A DNA stretch of 62,712 nt, the filler included, from Candidatus Babelota bacterium (GTDB lineage: Bacteria > JAGOBX01), in NCBI GenBank assembly GCA_017999075.1. It is 14 parts of 14 records of this genome, joined end to end, with 100 filler letters (N's around TTAATTAATTAA, not from the genome) between each part and the next. Parts side by side here need not be neighbours in the genome. Positions count along the whole stretch, not along the records: positions 10,840 to 14,343 come from JAGOBX010000439.1; positions 14,444 to 17,911 come from JAGOBX010000440.1; positions 18,012 to 21,473 come from JAGOBX010000441.1; 11 more parts are not named here. One strand, given 5' to 3'. Shown here in pieces: positions 10,840 to 21,573 of this stretch (its first letter is position 1; the number at the start of each line of letters is the position of its first letter). A model generated the notes under the pieces. It was not told where the DNA came from, ran no database searches, and saw only the letters and a program-made list of their open reading frames with translations. A program made the translations under genes and the position numbers.

Positions 10840-10942
10840 ATATTAACAACAGTAAAAACTCTTGACGACACAAAAAATATAATTAGAATAATATTTAATT
10901 TCAGATATTGTGATTTGAAATAATTAGTTTACAAAAAAATTT

Positions 10943-12025
10943 ATGAACGCGCAATTTAAAATTCTGATTGTTGACGACGAACCTCTCCTTTTAAAAGAAA
11001 TTAAACGAATAGTAGAAAAAAACGGGTTTGAAGTTTATACTGCCGGAAACGGAGAACAAGCTCTCGAACTTATAAAGAAAAATCAATTTGCATTAGTAAT
11101 GTCAGATATGAATATGCCTGGTATTAATGGTCTTCAGTTTTTAGAAAAAGCAAGAAAAATTTCGCCTGAATCAATAAAAATTATTCTATCTGGAAATACA
11201 GATGTTGATATGGTTTTAGGGGCAATTAACAAAGATCATGTTTATCGTTATATAACAAAACCTTTTGACAATACAGAATTAATAATCACAATAAAACAAT
11301 GCATAGATTATTATTCGATCAATCAGCAGAAAAAAATATTAACTGAACAACTTGCTCAGCAGAATGAAGAACTTAAAAATTTGAATAGAACGCTTGAAGA
11401 AAAAATTAAACAGCGGTCATTCGAAATTGAGAATTTGAATTTCGCTCTTGTTTCCGCGCTTTCAAACATTAATTATTTCAATGACGATGAAACAGGCGCT
11501 CATATAAAACATGTTGGCGAATATTCACGCGTTATAGCTGAAGGTTATGAATTACCAATCTCTGAAATCAAACAGATTGAAATGTATGCTAAAGTTCACG
11601 ATATCGGAAAAGTTGGAATTCCTACTGCAATATTAAAAAAAATCGGAAGATACACGCCAGAAGAATTCAATCTGATGAAAAATCACAGTTTTATTGGTTA
11701 TCAGATGATTGATAATCCGTGTATTTCAAAAATCGCCAAAAATATAGTGCTTTATCATCACGAAAAATTTGATGGAACAGGTTATCCTGATAAATTAAAG
11801 GGTACTGATATTCCAATTGAAGCAAGAATTGTAGCGTTGGCTGATGTTTATGATGCACTCATTTCAAAGCGTACATATAAACCGGCGTTTGCTGAAGAAA
11901 TTGTCTACAATATGATAATTCAATCTTCAGGTTCGCATTTTGATCCTGATATTGTTAAAATTTATAAAAAAAACAGATTTGTATTTTACGATTTATATTT
12001 AAAAAATCTGATGTATAAACTTTAA
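10943..12025 (+). CDS. Response regulator with HD-GYP cyclic-dinucleotide phosphodiesterase domain (RpfG-like)
   Basis: REC domain (IVDDE, SDMNMPG, KPF), coiled linker, ETGAH, HDIGK, HHEKFDGTGYP, ADVYDAL. Confidence 0.92.
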   Translation: MNAQFKILIVDDEPLLLKEIKRIVEKNGFEVYTAGNGEQALELIKKNQFALVMSDMNMPGINGLQFLEKARKISPESIKIILSGNTDVDMVLGAINKDHVYRYITKPFDNTELIITIKQCIDYYSINQQKKILTEQLAQQNEELKNLNRTLEEKIKQRSFEIENLNFALVSALSNINYFNDDETGAHIKHVGEYSRVIAEGYELPISEIKQIEMYAKVHDIGKVGIPTAILKKIGRYTPEEFNLMKNHSFIGYQMIDNPCISKIAKNIVLYHHEKFDGTGYPDKLKGTDIPIEARIVALADVYDALISKRTYKPAFAEEIVYNMIIQSSGSHFDPDIVKIYKKNRFVFYDLYLKNLMYKL

Positions 12026-12064
12026 TATAAAATTTATTGTCAAATAAAGACAAGGATAACTTTT

Positions 12065-13759
12065 ATGAATGAATTAATGAAACAGACACAAACATACACT
12101 ATCGCGAAATATTTGCTTCAGCGCCTGCATGAATTGGGTATTGCCCATATGTTCGGCGTGCCTGGAGATTACAGTTTAGATTTTTTAGATGAAGTGTTAA
12201 AAAGTCCTGTTCACTGGGTTGGAACCTGCAATGAACTTAACGCAGGATATGCTGCCGACGGTTATGCCAGAATGAAAGGATGCGGGGCAGCTACAGTAAC
12301 ATATGGAGTTGGCGCATTATGTTTACTTAATGCAGTTGCCGGAGCTTATGCCGAACATATTCCTGTAATAATCATAAGCGGAGCGCCAGCACGTCATCGC
12401 CGTTCAGCCGGAGCATTAGTTCATCATCTGATTGCTGATTACGATACTCAACTTGATATTTTTAAAAAAGTCACTATTGATGCAGCTATCCTGAATGATC
12501 CGTTGTCTGCACCTGATATGATTGATCGGGTGCTGTCAAAAGTACTAACACATAAATTACCTGGTTATATTGAGCTGCCCGGAGATATGCCGAATATAAA
12601 ATGCAGGCCTCCAGTTCCACTTACATTCACTAGCATATCTCAATCTGACCCGGATAGTTTGCACGAATGTGTAGCCGAAGCAGCACAACTTCTCAATCAA
12701 GCCAAACATCCTGTTGTTCTGGCAGGCGCTGAACTTACCCGTTTTGAGCTTGGAGATCAGGCGCTGAAACTTGTAGAAAAATTAGAACTGCCTTTTACTA
12801 CTATGCTCAGCAGCAAAAGTGTTCTTCCTGAAATGCATCCCCTATTCATCGGCATATATCAGGGAGCCTGGAGCCGAGAAAATGTTCGTCATCAGGTAGA
12901 ATCTTCTGATTGTGTGTTATCTCTCGGTGTTCAGATGACTGATTTGGATTCAGGATTATTCAGCTGCAAACTTGATACACGAAATCAAATTGCCGCTGGC
13001 CAAGGAGAAGTAAGCATTCGCAGTCATTATTACCAAAATGTATATTTGCATGATTTCATCAACGAACTTGCAAACGCAGTTAAACCTCGATCATACCTGA
13101 CTTCCAGACCGCATAAAATAAATCTTATTAAACAGCAGTTTACTCCAGAAGAATCACGTCCATTATCAGCTGAGCGGTTCTATACCCGGCTAAATTTATT
13201 TCTTAACGATGAAATGGTACTACTCGCTGAACCAGGCGATGCGTTTTGCGCAGCGCCGGAATTTCATATAGAAGAAGCCCGCAATTTTATTGTTCAATGT
13301 TACTACTCATCAATCGGATATTGCACACCTGCTGCTCTTGGAGTGTCTCTTTCAGAACCGAATAAACGCGCAGTTGTATTGTCTGGCGATGGTGCTTTTC
13401 AAATGACAGCTCAGGAAGTGTCAACTATGATTCGCCTCCGATGTCCTGCTATAATCCTGATTCTAAACAATGATGGGTATTTGATTGAACGTATGCTGCA
13501 TCAGGATGGAGCTTATAATGATCTTCAACGCTGGAATTATTCGATGCTGCCTGAAGCATTCGGCGGAAATGATTTTGCAATTGGTATTAAAGTAACAACA
13601 GAAGGCGAACTCGAACGCGCATTTATTACTGCTTCAGAAAATAAAGATAAACTTATTTTCATAGAACTTGTACTTGGCAAACTTGATTGTTCAGCAGGAC
13701 TACTGCGTTTAGGAAAATCATTTCACGAGATGGCAGCAAAAACAAGTAAACCGATGTAG
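12065..13759 (+). CDS. ThDP-dependent alpha-keto acid decarboxylase (pyruvate/indolepyruvate/phenylpyruvate decarboxylase family)
   Basis: FGVPGDY, CNELNAGYAADGYAR, TYGVG, VHH, and the ThDP motif GDGAFQMT...NNDGY. Confidence 0.92.
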   Translation: MNELMKQTQTYTIAKYLLQRLHELGIAHMFGVPGDYSLDFLDEVLKSPVHWVGTCNELNAGYAADGYARMKGCGAATVTYGVGALCLLNAVAGAYAEHIPVIIISGAPARHRRSAGALVHHLIADYDTQLDIFKKVTIDAAILNDPLSAPDMIDRVLSKVLTHKLPGYIELPGDMPNIKCRPPVPLTFTSISQSDPDSLHECVAEAAQLLNQAKHPVVLAGAELTRFELGDQALKLVEKLELPFTTMLSSKSVLPEMHPLFIGIYQGAWSRENVRHQVESSDCVLSLGVQMTDLDSGLFSCKLDTRNQIAAGQGEVSIRSHYYQNVYLHDFINELANAVKPRSYLTSRPHKINLIKQQFTPEESRPLSAERFYTRLNLFLNDEMVLLAEPGDAFCAAPEFHIEEARNFIVQCYYSSIGYCTPAALGVSLSEPNKRAVVLSGDGAFQMTAQEVSTMIRLRCPAIILILNNDGYLIERMLHQDGAYNDLQRWNYSMLPEAFGGNDFAIGIKVTTEGELERAFITASENKDKLIFIELVLGKLDCSAGLLRLGKSFHEMAAKTSKPM

Positions 13760-13761
13760 AA

Positions 13762-13834
13762 GAAATGTTTCTAAATGGCAGGTTATGCCATTTTTTACAA
13801 AATTTATATATTGATAAATAATAAAATTGATTTT
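13762..13834 (-). repeat. Partial copy of the dispersed palindromic element at 33517-33622; contains a terminator-like hairpin for the decarboxylase gene
   Basis: Its reverse complement aligns over about 70 nt with 33552-33622. On + it reads AAATGGCA-GGTTA-TGCCATTT-TTT just after the stop codon. Confidence 0.75.
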
Positions 13835-13991
13835 ATTTTTTTATTTTTATTCTTATTCGCGAGGATTAGCGGAAAAATTTTTTTTGGGGTAACCATTTCC
13901 GTTATATATTTCTGACGGCATTTACAGAGATAAAAAATTTTGGGGAGCGAGCGTAACGTATAAAAAAAGTGGCAATGTTTCTGCTAACCTA

Positions 13992-14343
13992 TTAACAAAA
14001 AGAATTATTAAATTTAAATAAGATTTTTAATTTCCTGGAAAAATGGTTTTCCAAACCAAAATTTTGATCAATAAATTCAACTTTTGTCTTAACTCCGATT
14101 GGTATAATTATTTTGTTAGGTCTGTGTCCGAAACAAGGAAAATCAACAACTGGAAAATCATAATTTTTAAATATTTCCAGAATTGATTTTTTTATAGATA
14201 TTGTTCCTTTATTCTTTTCAGATGGTTTACATTTATTAAAATCAATAAATAAACATTTGGTATTTTCAAAAACCCCGCAATTTTTCAAATGAGTAAGCAT
14301 TCTATCTATTCTATAAGGTTCTTCATTAATATCTTCTATAAAC
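13992..14343 (-). CDS. LD-carboxypeptidase (peptidase S66, LdcA/MccF family), C-terminal part
   Basis: EDINEEPYRIDRML...FPVVDFPCFGH...IPIG, containing the catalytic Glu and His regions. 5' truncated. Confidence 0.85.
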
Positions 14344-14443
14344 NNNNNNNNNNNNNNNNNNNNNNNNNNNNNNNNNNNNNNNNNNNNTTAATTAATTAAN
14401 NNNNNNNNNNNNNNNNNNNNNNNNNNNNNNNNNNNNNNNNNNN
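14344..14443. other. Artificial contig linker
   Basis: N44-TTAATTAATTAA-N44. Confidence 0.98.
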
Positions 14444-14734
14444 AAGGGATAGATGAAAGAAATGCGTGGAATTGTTACTAATAATTTTTTTAAAAAAAAC
14501 TTGCCAAAAAAAATAAAGTTATTATAATGATATAAAATGAGTTAAAATTAATATCAATAAAAAACTTGAAAAATATCAAAAAAAGTGGTAAAATAAGAAA
14601 AAAAGGAAAAATAAGACAAATGTGTCTTTTGATGGCGGAAGTTAAGTAAAAATAATTGATATAAAAAAATGTAATTATTATGTGTAATAACATTAAAATT
14701 GTGTAATAAAATTAATAATATAGGATTCCTGAAA

Positions 14735-17209
14735 ATGAAGAAAAAACTTCTATTTTCAAAATTAAATACATATCTAATTCAATCCAAATCTTCTTGCAAA
14801 ATTAAATATTTTTTATGTTTTTTTAATAAATGTATTGTATTTTCTGTTTTATTTATTTTATTTATTTTATCTGAATCTGTTTTTTCAATTGATTATGATT
14901 ATATAAAAAAATATTCTTCTGAAACCAGACTTCAAACTTTAATTTCAGATTTGAAATTTAATGAACCTATTACTTCGTTAGTTACTATTAATACGTTAAC
15001 AGGAAAAATGTATTATTCGGAAGAAATAGGACAAAAAGTATATTTTATAAAAGCAATGCTTTTAAAAAAATTAAATCGTCAGAATGAAATGGTTGCTGCT
15101 CTTGAAGATGCGGTAAAGAATAACGATGTTCTTACTGATTATGCTTTGTTAGAACTTGCAAAATATTATCACAAAGTCGGAAAATATGAAAAAAGCGTTA
15201 AATATGCTGAAAAACTTCTTCAATTATGCAAAGATTCTATTTTAACGGAAGATGCTATTTTGTTATGCTCAAAAATTCAAATCTCAAGGCCAGGGTATAA
15301 AAGTTCGATTAATATTTTAAATTACGCCACTGAAGATTTTAAAACTGCTGAAAGCGCATATAATGTCGCAGAGTTATTTTATAAATCAGGAAAATTTTTA
15401 AAATCTCTTGATTATTATAAATTGGTTATAAAATTAAATCACAACAATTCTTTTAAATCGAAAGCTGTTAAAAGAATAACTGAAATTCTTCTCTATGATA
15501 AAGCAGGATTACATACAAAATCCAAGATAGATAATATAATTTTTTTGGTTAATGATTTTTTAAATTCTGAAAATTTTAATGAAGCTCTTACAATATTAAA
15601 CGCTCTTCATTCATGCCCTGAAAAATATTATTATACAGGAATGACATATTACAAATCAGGAAATTATAATAAAGCAGCGGAATTATTTAAAACTGTTTTT
15701 GACAGATATACTTCCACCAGTTATCATACAAAATCAAAATATTATAGATTTGCTGCTGGTATGATGATAGAAAATTATAAAGTTTGTGAAAAAGGACTTA
15801 GAGATTTTATTAAAAATTATCCGTATGATGAAATGACGGATAATGCATATTATTCACTTGCCGAATATTATTTAAAAAAAGGGAATAAACCATCTGAAGC
15901 TCTTGAAATGCTGAAAAAAATTAGAAATGTTTATCCGAACAAGGATTCTTACATTCCTTCTCTTTGGCTTGAAGCAAATTATTATAAAAAAGTAAAAGAT
16001 TATGGAAGATCAGCATATTCTCTGACATTGTTAATACAGCATTTATCTGAAAAAGGTGTTATAGATAATAATAAAGACGAACTCATCAAGGCTATATACT
16101 GGCGTGGGAAAATTTTTGAATCTAATGGACAATACATAAATGCAGCCAAAGATTTTCTGGATGTTATTGTAAAAGATCCTATGGGTTTTTATACTTACCG
16201 TTCTTTTACGAAACTTAAACCGTTATATTCAAAATTGATAGATATTTCGAACAGCGCCAATTTTTCTTATTTGCCGAATAAGTCCGATTATTCCGAGATA
16301 ATTCAAAATATAGAAACTAATCTGGCTAATAGAGAAAAAGAATATGGGAGTTATAAATTTTTTGCAAATCGTGATTTCAGGGATTTTGATTATAGAGAAA
16401 TTGAAACTGAAAATTTTTCAGGGGCATCATATAAAGAACATTTTTATAAATATTATATTCTTAAATCGCTTCGGGAATTTGATTATGCAATTAAAGAATT
16501 GGAACATGTTATGAAAGTAAAAGACAATGATCCGAAATTTGTATACAACCTTGCGCATACTTTAACGGAAGCCGGAAATATTAACCGCGCGATTGATGTA
16601 GTTGAAACAATGATTTCAAAATTCGGAGATAAATTCAGTTTAAGTGCAATGCCGCGAAAATTAAAAACATTGCTTTACCCGCAATATTATTCTGATCTTG
16701 TAACATATAATGCATCTAAAAACAATGTTGATTTTTGTTTGGTTTATGCAATAATAAGAGAAGAAAGCAGGTTTAGAACATTTGCGACTTCTCCTGCAGG
16801 TGCGTGCGGTCTTATGCAGATTATGCCCAATACAGGAAAATGGATTGCTAATAAGACAGGAATGAGTTTTTTCCGGCCGGCAGATTTATATATCCCTCAT
16901 CTAAATATAAAAATGGGTTCATGGTATTTTTCCTATCTTCTTAAAAAATATGAAAATGATGTGTTTTTGAGCCTCGCAGCTTATAATGGAGGACATGGGA
17001 ATGTGTCAAACTGGGTAAGTCAGATCAGATCTGAAGATATTGATGAATTTATAGAAAAAATTCCATTTAGAGAAACAAAAAATTATGTAAAGAAAGTTAT
17101 GACCAGTTATAATATTTATAAGCAAATTTATGATAATGGATACAATATGGAACTTACATCCAGCCAAAAAAATTATTCAAATTCTTTCAAAAAGTTTTCA
17201 AGATGGTAA
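14735..17209 (+). CDS. TPR-repeat soluble lytic murein transglycosylase (Slt70-like)
   Basis: N-terminal hydrophobic segment, TPR-like helices, C-terminal SLT motifs IREESRF, GLMQIMP, AAYNGG, ETKNYVKKV. Start uncertain (ATG 14735 or TTG 14699). Confidence 0.88.
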   Translation: MKKKLLFSKLNTYLIQSKSSCKIKYFLCFFNKCIVFSVLFILFILSESVFSIDYDYIKKYSSETRLQTLISDLKFNEPITSLVTINTLTGKMYYSEEIGQKVYFIKAMLLKKLNRQNEMVAALEDAVKNNDVLTDYALLELAKYYHKVGKYEKSVKYAEKLLQLCKDSILTEDAILLCSKIQISRPGYKSSINILNYATEDFKTAESAYNVAELFYKSGKFLKSLDYYKLVIKLNHNNSFKSKAVKRITEILLYDKAGLHTKSKIDNIIFLVNDFLNSENFNEALTILNALHSCPEKYYYTGMTYYKSGNYNKAAELFKTVFDRYTSTSYHTKSKYYRFAAGMMIENYKVCEKGLRDFIKNYPYDEMTDNAYYSLAEYYLKKGNKPSEALEMLKKIRNVYPNKDSYIPSLWLEANYYKKVKDYGRSAYSLTLLIQHLSEKGVIDNNKDELIKAIYWRGKIFESNGQYINAAKDFLDVIVKDPMGFYTYRSFTKLKPLYSKLIDISNSANFSYLPNKSDYSEIIQNIETNLANREKEYGSYKFFANRDFRDFDYREIETENFSGASYKEHFYKYYILKSLREFDYAIKELEHVMKVKDNDPKFVYNLAHTLTEAGNINRAIDVVETMISKFGDKFSLSAMPRKLKTLLYPQYYSDLVTYNASKNNVDFCLVYAIIREESRFRTFATSPAGACGLMQIMPNTGKWIANKTGMSFFRPADLYIPHLNIKMGSWYFSYLLKKYENDVFLSLAAYNGGHGNVSNWVSQIRSEDIDEFIEKIPFRETKNYVKKVMTSYNIYKQIYDNGYNMELTSSQKNYSNSFKKFSRW

Positions 17210-17214
17210 AAAAA

Positions 17215-17911
17215 TCAGCGCATTAATTTTATATAATAAGAAATTTTATTATGTTGGATTTCTTTTTCGTTTAATGTTTTTATAAATTTATTAAATTCAA
17301 TTTTATCCTGCATTTTCACAAGCATTGCTGCTTTATAAATTTTATTTTCGATATTTGATGGATTTATTAAAATTGCTTTATCAATGAAATCCAGAGCATG
17401 TTCATATTTTTTCTGAGCATAATATACTGCGGCAATATTAAAACAAACTTCATCATTATTTTTATCTATAGATAATGCTTCTTCAAGTTTTAATAAGGCG
17501 TTGTCATAATCATTGTTTTTGAATAAACTTATTGATTCTGATAATAATTGTTTTAGATAATCATATTTAGATGACAATAGTTGCCGCTCATCAATTTTTT
17601 TATTATCGTCATTCTGATTGTTAGTTTTTGACAGGTTTGTGTTTTTTAAAATATTCGACCCCATATTTTCATTTTTTGTCATTTTATCAATTTTTTCTAT
17701 TAAATCGTATTTATCTTTTATAATAGAATTTACTTCAAGGTCTTTCATTTTTACAGTTTCATAAAGTTCTGCAACTTTATTTTTATAACCGCTGATTTCT
17801 TTCTCGGCTTCTAAAATTCGAATTTCGTTTTCTTTTTGTTTTGAAGAAGTTGAGTCTATTTTTTCAGATAAATCAGTGATATGCCCGTCTCTCAATAAAA
17901 CTAATTTATTC
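17215..17911 (-). CDS. Coiled-coil/TPR protein, C-terminal part
   Basis: Heptad-rich region followed by TPR-like YDNALLKLEEALSID...FNIAAVYY...ALDFIDKAILINP. 5' truncated. Confidence 0.65.
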
Positions 17912-18011
17912 NNNNNNNNNNNNNNNNNNNNNNNNNNNNNNNNNNNNNNNNNNNNTTAATTAATTAANNNNNNNNNNNNNNNNNNNNNNNNNNNNNNNNN
18001 NNNNNNNNNNN
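17912..18011. other. Artificial contig linker
   Basis: N44-TTAATTAATTAA-N44. Confidence 0.98.
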
Positions 18012-19602
18012 CTATTTCATTGTTCACACGCAATTCCATCCATTTCGGCCACACTGATTTATCAACTTTATCACTCATAAACTGGCCTGCATCATCTTTC
18101 ATAAAATAATTAACCGAATAAATTTTCGGAACTTTTACTAATTTCTTAGCAAAATCTATATTCATCTTAATATATTTTCCAATAGATACTGAAAGAAATT
18201 CTATGTTAGACATTGGATTAAATTTCCTGACACCCTGCTTGCCTAAAGCTGCTGCTGTTGTTTCTGATTCTATTCCTGCTCCTTTTGTAACTATTCCATG
18301 AGTCCAGTCAAACGCCTCTTCAACAGGAACAGTAGTGTCAGCATCGCGGCCCCCGTAAATCATCCCTCCAACTTCAACTCCTTCAGGATTATCAAGATTA
18401 TTATCTAAATTTTTCAAATAATCAAGCCTCAACGTAAACCTCGCATTTTTATGCGATGCTGGAATTGGTTTGCCTTTTGAATCAAGTTTTCCTTTTTTCC
18501 ATTCTCCAGAAAAATTTTTCCCGGAATCAGGAATAGAAACTCCGCTGTCAGTCCAGTAAGGCATATTATCTGGACCAACTAATATATTTGAAAAAATAAT
18601 TTCTTTAGGACTATGTAAAACATCCCAGATTACAGGATCGTCTTTTTGATTCACTCCGTCTATTATTCCAAACATGCCTCGTTCTACATTTACCGAATAA
18701 GCTTTACCATTACGCTCTTTAATGTAAACTATATCGTCACCGACTATATTTTCTCCTGTAACCATTGAAGTAGATGTCTTGCCGCAAGCACTGGGAAACG
18801 CTCCTGTAAAATATGTCTTTCTTGCATTTGGTCCGTTAACTCCCATTAAAAACATATGTTCACATAACCATCCTTCTTCAGAAGCAAGTTTTATTGCAAG
18901 TCTCATTGCAAGTTTTTTCAATCCAAGGGTATTACCGCCGTATTGTGTATTTGCACTATATACCATCAGTTCTTTCAAATCTATATATATTCTGCGTTTA
19001 TCAAGATTTTTTGAAACAAGAGATTCGGTAAGTTCTCCTTCACTATGAACAAACCTGAAAAATCTTGATTTGTTTTTTATTTTTTTGAATTGTTCATAAC
19101 CGCTGCGGTAAAGCAAATCTTCGCTGTGAGAAACGTACGGAGAATCCGTGATTTGAACTGCCTGCATTGACAAATCGCAATTCAAAGGGCCTAAACTGAA
19201 AAATCGAATTATCATAGTTGAATTTTTCATTATATTTTTCATTATTTCTCGTATTTCTTTTAATCCTGCAGTTCTGTCTGTAGTAGCTATGTTTGGATCT
19301 ATTGGAGAATCAGTTAAAAAAAACGTATGTTCAGGATCTCGCGCCTGATCATTGATTCCGTCAAAATGATAAGTAGCGTTTTTTAATGCCAGTATTTTTT
19401 CTTCACCTGTTTCCAAAGCCATCTTTTTTATCAAATCAGCGTCCTCTTTAGAATCATCACATACAAAAATATTTTTAGGATTTAATATTTCAATATACTC
19501 CGCAAGAAAATCATTAAGTTTCTCATTATCAAGACTAATAATTTTATCGAAATTTTTTACGGTCAGTTTCTGTTTTAAAAATTCAACGCTTTTAGAACTC
19601 AT
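18012..19602 (-). CDS. pckG: Phosphoenolpyruvate carboxykinase (GTP), 3' truncated
   Basis: QITDSPYV, YGGN, WLCEHM, GAFPSACGKTS, VGDDI, HKNARF, YGGRD; GGAGG RBS before ATG 19602. Confidence 0.93.
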
Positions 19603-19746
19603 ATTAACGCTACCCTCCAAAATAAATTATATTATGTAATTTTAATATTAAATAAAATTAAACTCTTTGCTTTTTATTTAATTTTATATGCTATTATTTC
19701 AAAATAAAAACTTTTATTTAAATTAAATGAATAATTAACAAATTGG

Positions 19747-20112
19747 CTATACGCATAAAAACTTATTTATTTTACAGGCAAATTTATCTACAGAAAAGGG
19801 TTTTGGGATATAATCCTGAATTTTTTTTTGAAAAAGTAATTCTTTGATCTCTTCAGTTAAAAAATTTCCTGTTATCATTATTACTTTTGTTTTATTATCA
19901 TATTCTCGTAATGTGGTAACAAATTCTTTGCCATTAATTCCCGGAAGGTTATAATCTAAAATCATAAGGTCGAATTTATTGGTGTTATGACAATCTAATG
20001 CACCCAATGCATCAGGCATATCCGTAATATCATTATAACCATTAATATATAAAATTTCTTTTATAAGATTACGGATATCTGATTCATCATCAATAATTAA
20101 AATTTTTTTCAT
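19747..20112 (-). CDS. Single-domain response regulator
   Basis: IIDDE, ILDYNLPG, ITG, KPF. Confidence 0.9.
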   Translation of the reverse strand: MKKILIIDDESDIRNLIKEILYINGYNDITDMPDALGALDCHNTNKFDLMILDYNLPGINGKEFVTTLREYDNKTKVIMITGNFLTEEIKELLFQKKIQDYIPKPFSVDKFACKINKFLCV

Positions 20113-20184
20113 ATATAATATAAAAAATTAATCTCTAAATAAAATCTGAATTCAGCAATAATTTTTACTATTTTTCTATTTTAA

Positions 20185-20231
20185 TTTTTATGCTTCGTTT
20201 ATGAATTTATTTCAAAAACGAAGCATAAAAA
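20185..20231 (-). terminator. Intrinsic terminator-like hairpin
   Basis: Perfect 16-bp inverted repeat TTTTTATGCTTCGTTT / AAACGAAGCATAAAAA, about 10 nt after the stop at 20241. Confidence 0.7.
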
Positions 20232-20240
20232 TACAAGTTA

Positions 20241-20693
20241 CTATTCTTCGCTCAATTCTTCTTCTTCTTCAGCAGCTTTTTTATTCTTTTTTCCGCCTTT
20301 ACCCTTAGAAGATTTAGAAGGCATTGATTCCTTGTCTTTAACAGATGTTTTGCTCACTTTCCCTGTTTTTTTTGCAACTTTACATTTACCGTCATCAACT
20401 GCAACTGTAACTTTAATATCTTCAACATCGCTTATTTTAAATTTAATATCATAAGATGCTTTTCCAGATTTGCTGAATTTTAAAGCAGCATTGTACGCAG
20501 CGGCGTCAGGATATTGTTGAGAAACTGCTGATTTAGCAGCTGTTACTGCATCAACTAAACTCATTGATACATCCCAGTCTCCTGCTTTTTTTGAAGCTGA
20601 TTTTTTTGATGCTTTTGCAGGAGCATCAGCAGCCATTGCCGGAATCAAACCTAAAGATAACACAATTAAAATAATTAAAACTTTTTTTAACAT
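20241..20693 (-). CDS. Exported protein with a PepSY-like domain and charged tail
   Basis: Signal peptide ending AMA; MSLVDAVTAAK...YDIKF...KVTVAVDDGK resembles PepSY; AGGAGG RBS. Confidence 0.55.
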   Translation of the reverse strand: MLKKVLIILIVLSLGLIPAMAADAPAKASKKSASKKAGDWDVSMSLVDAVTAAKSAVSQQYPDAAAYNAALKFSKSGKASYDIKFKISDVEDIKVTVAVDDGKCKVAKKTGKVSKTSVKDKESMPSKSSKGKGGKKNKKAAEEEEELSEE

Positions 20694-20720
20694 AATACTC
20701 AATCCTCCTAAAAATATTTT

Positions 20721-21473
20721 TTAAAATTTATTTACAGAATTTATTATTTGTTTATTGTTTTCAACATATGCTTTTATCTGATTGGCAATCATAATCCCTA
20801 CATTTTCCTGAGCTTCTTCAGTAGAAGCGCCAATGTGCGGAGTTAAAATAACGTTTTTAGCGGATAATAACGGATTATCCTGAGTTACGGGTTCTGCTGT
20901 AAAAACATCAAAACCTGCTCCGGCAACTTTACCTGATTCAAGGGCATCTTTCAAATCAGATTCATTTACTATACCGCCGCGCGCGCAGTTTATTATCCTT
21001 ACTCCATCTTTCATTTTAGACAATGTTCCGGAATTTATCATGTTTTTTGTTTTGTCATTAGAAGGAACATGCAAAGTTATATAATCTGATTTTGCATAAA
21101 TATCATCAAGTTCAACTTGAGGGATTCCGAATTCTTTGAATTTATCTGAAGGAAGCAGCGGATCATAACCTATAACTGTCATTCCTATAGCTTTAGCCAT
21201 TTTAGATACATCAGACCCTATTCTTCCAACTCCTATTATTCCAAGAGTTTTTCCTGCAAGCTCAACTCCTTCAAAAATTTTCTTTTCCCATTTGCCTGAC
21301 TTTATTGAAGCATCTGCATAATTAAGTTTTCTTGCAAGGGCAAACATCATACCTATTACAAGTTCTGCTACAGCATGGCTGTTTCCGCCAGGAGTGTTTT
21401 CAACATAAACACCTTTTTCAGTAGCTGCTTTAACATCTATATTATCGACCCCCGCTCCTGCACGCCCCACAAT
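20721..21473 (-). CDS. serA: D-3-phosphoglycerate dehydrogenase family (short form without ACT domain), 5' truncated
   Basis: GRAGAGVDNID, NTPGGN, GVGRIG, INCARGG, DVF..EP, TPHIGASTEEAQ. Confidence 0.8.
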   Translation of the reverse strand: MVGRAGAGVDNIDVKAATEKGVYVENTPGGNSHAVAELVIGMMFALARKLNYADASIKSGKWEKKIFEGVELAGKTLGIIGVGRIGSDVSKMAKAIGMTVIGYDPLLPSDKFKEFGIPQVELDDIYAKSDYITLHVPSNDKTKNMINSGTLSKMKDGVRIINCARGGIVNESDLKDALESGKVAGAGFDVFTAEPVTQDNPLLSAKNVILTPHIGASTEEAQENVGIMIANQIKAYVENNKQIINSVNKF

Positions 21474-21573
21474 NNNNNNNNNNNNNNNNNNNNNNNNNNN
21501 NNNNNNNNNNNNNNNNNTTAATTAATTAANNNNNNNNNNNNNNNNNNNNNNNNNNNNNNNNNNNNNNNNNNNN
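21474..21573. other. Artificial contig linker
   Basis: N44-TTAATTAATTAA-N44. Confidence 0.98.
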
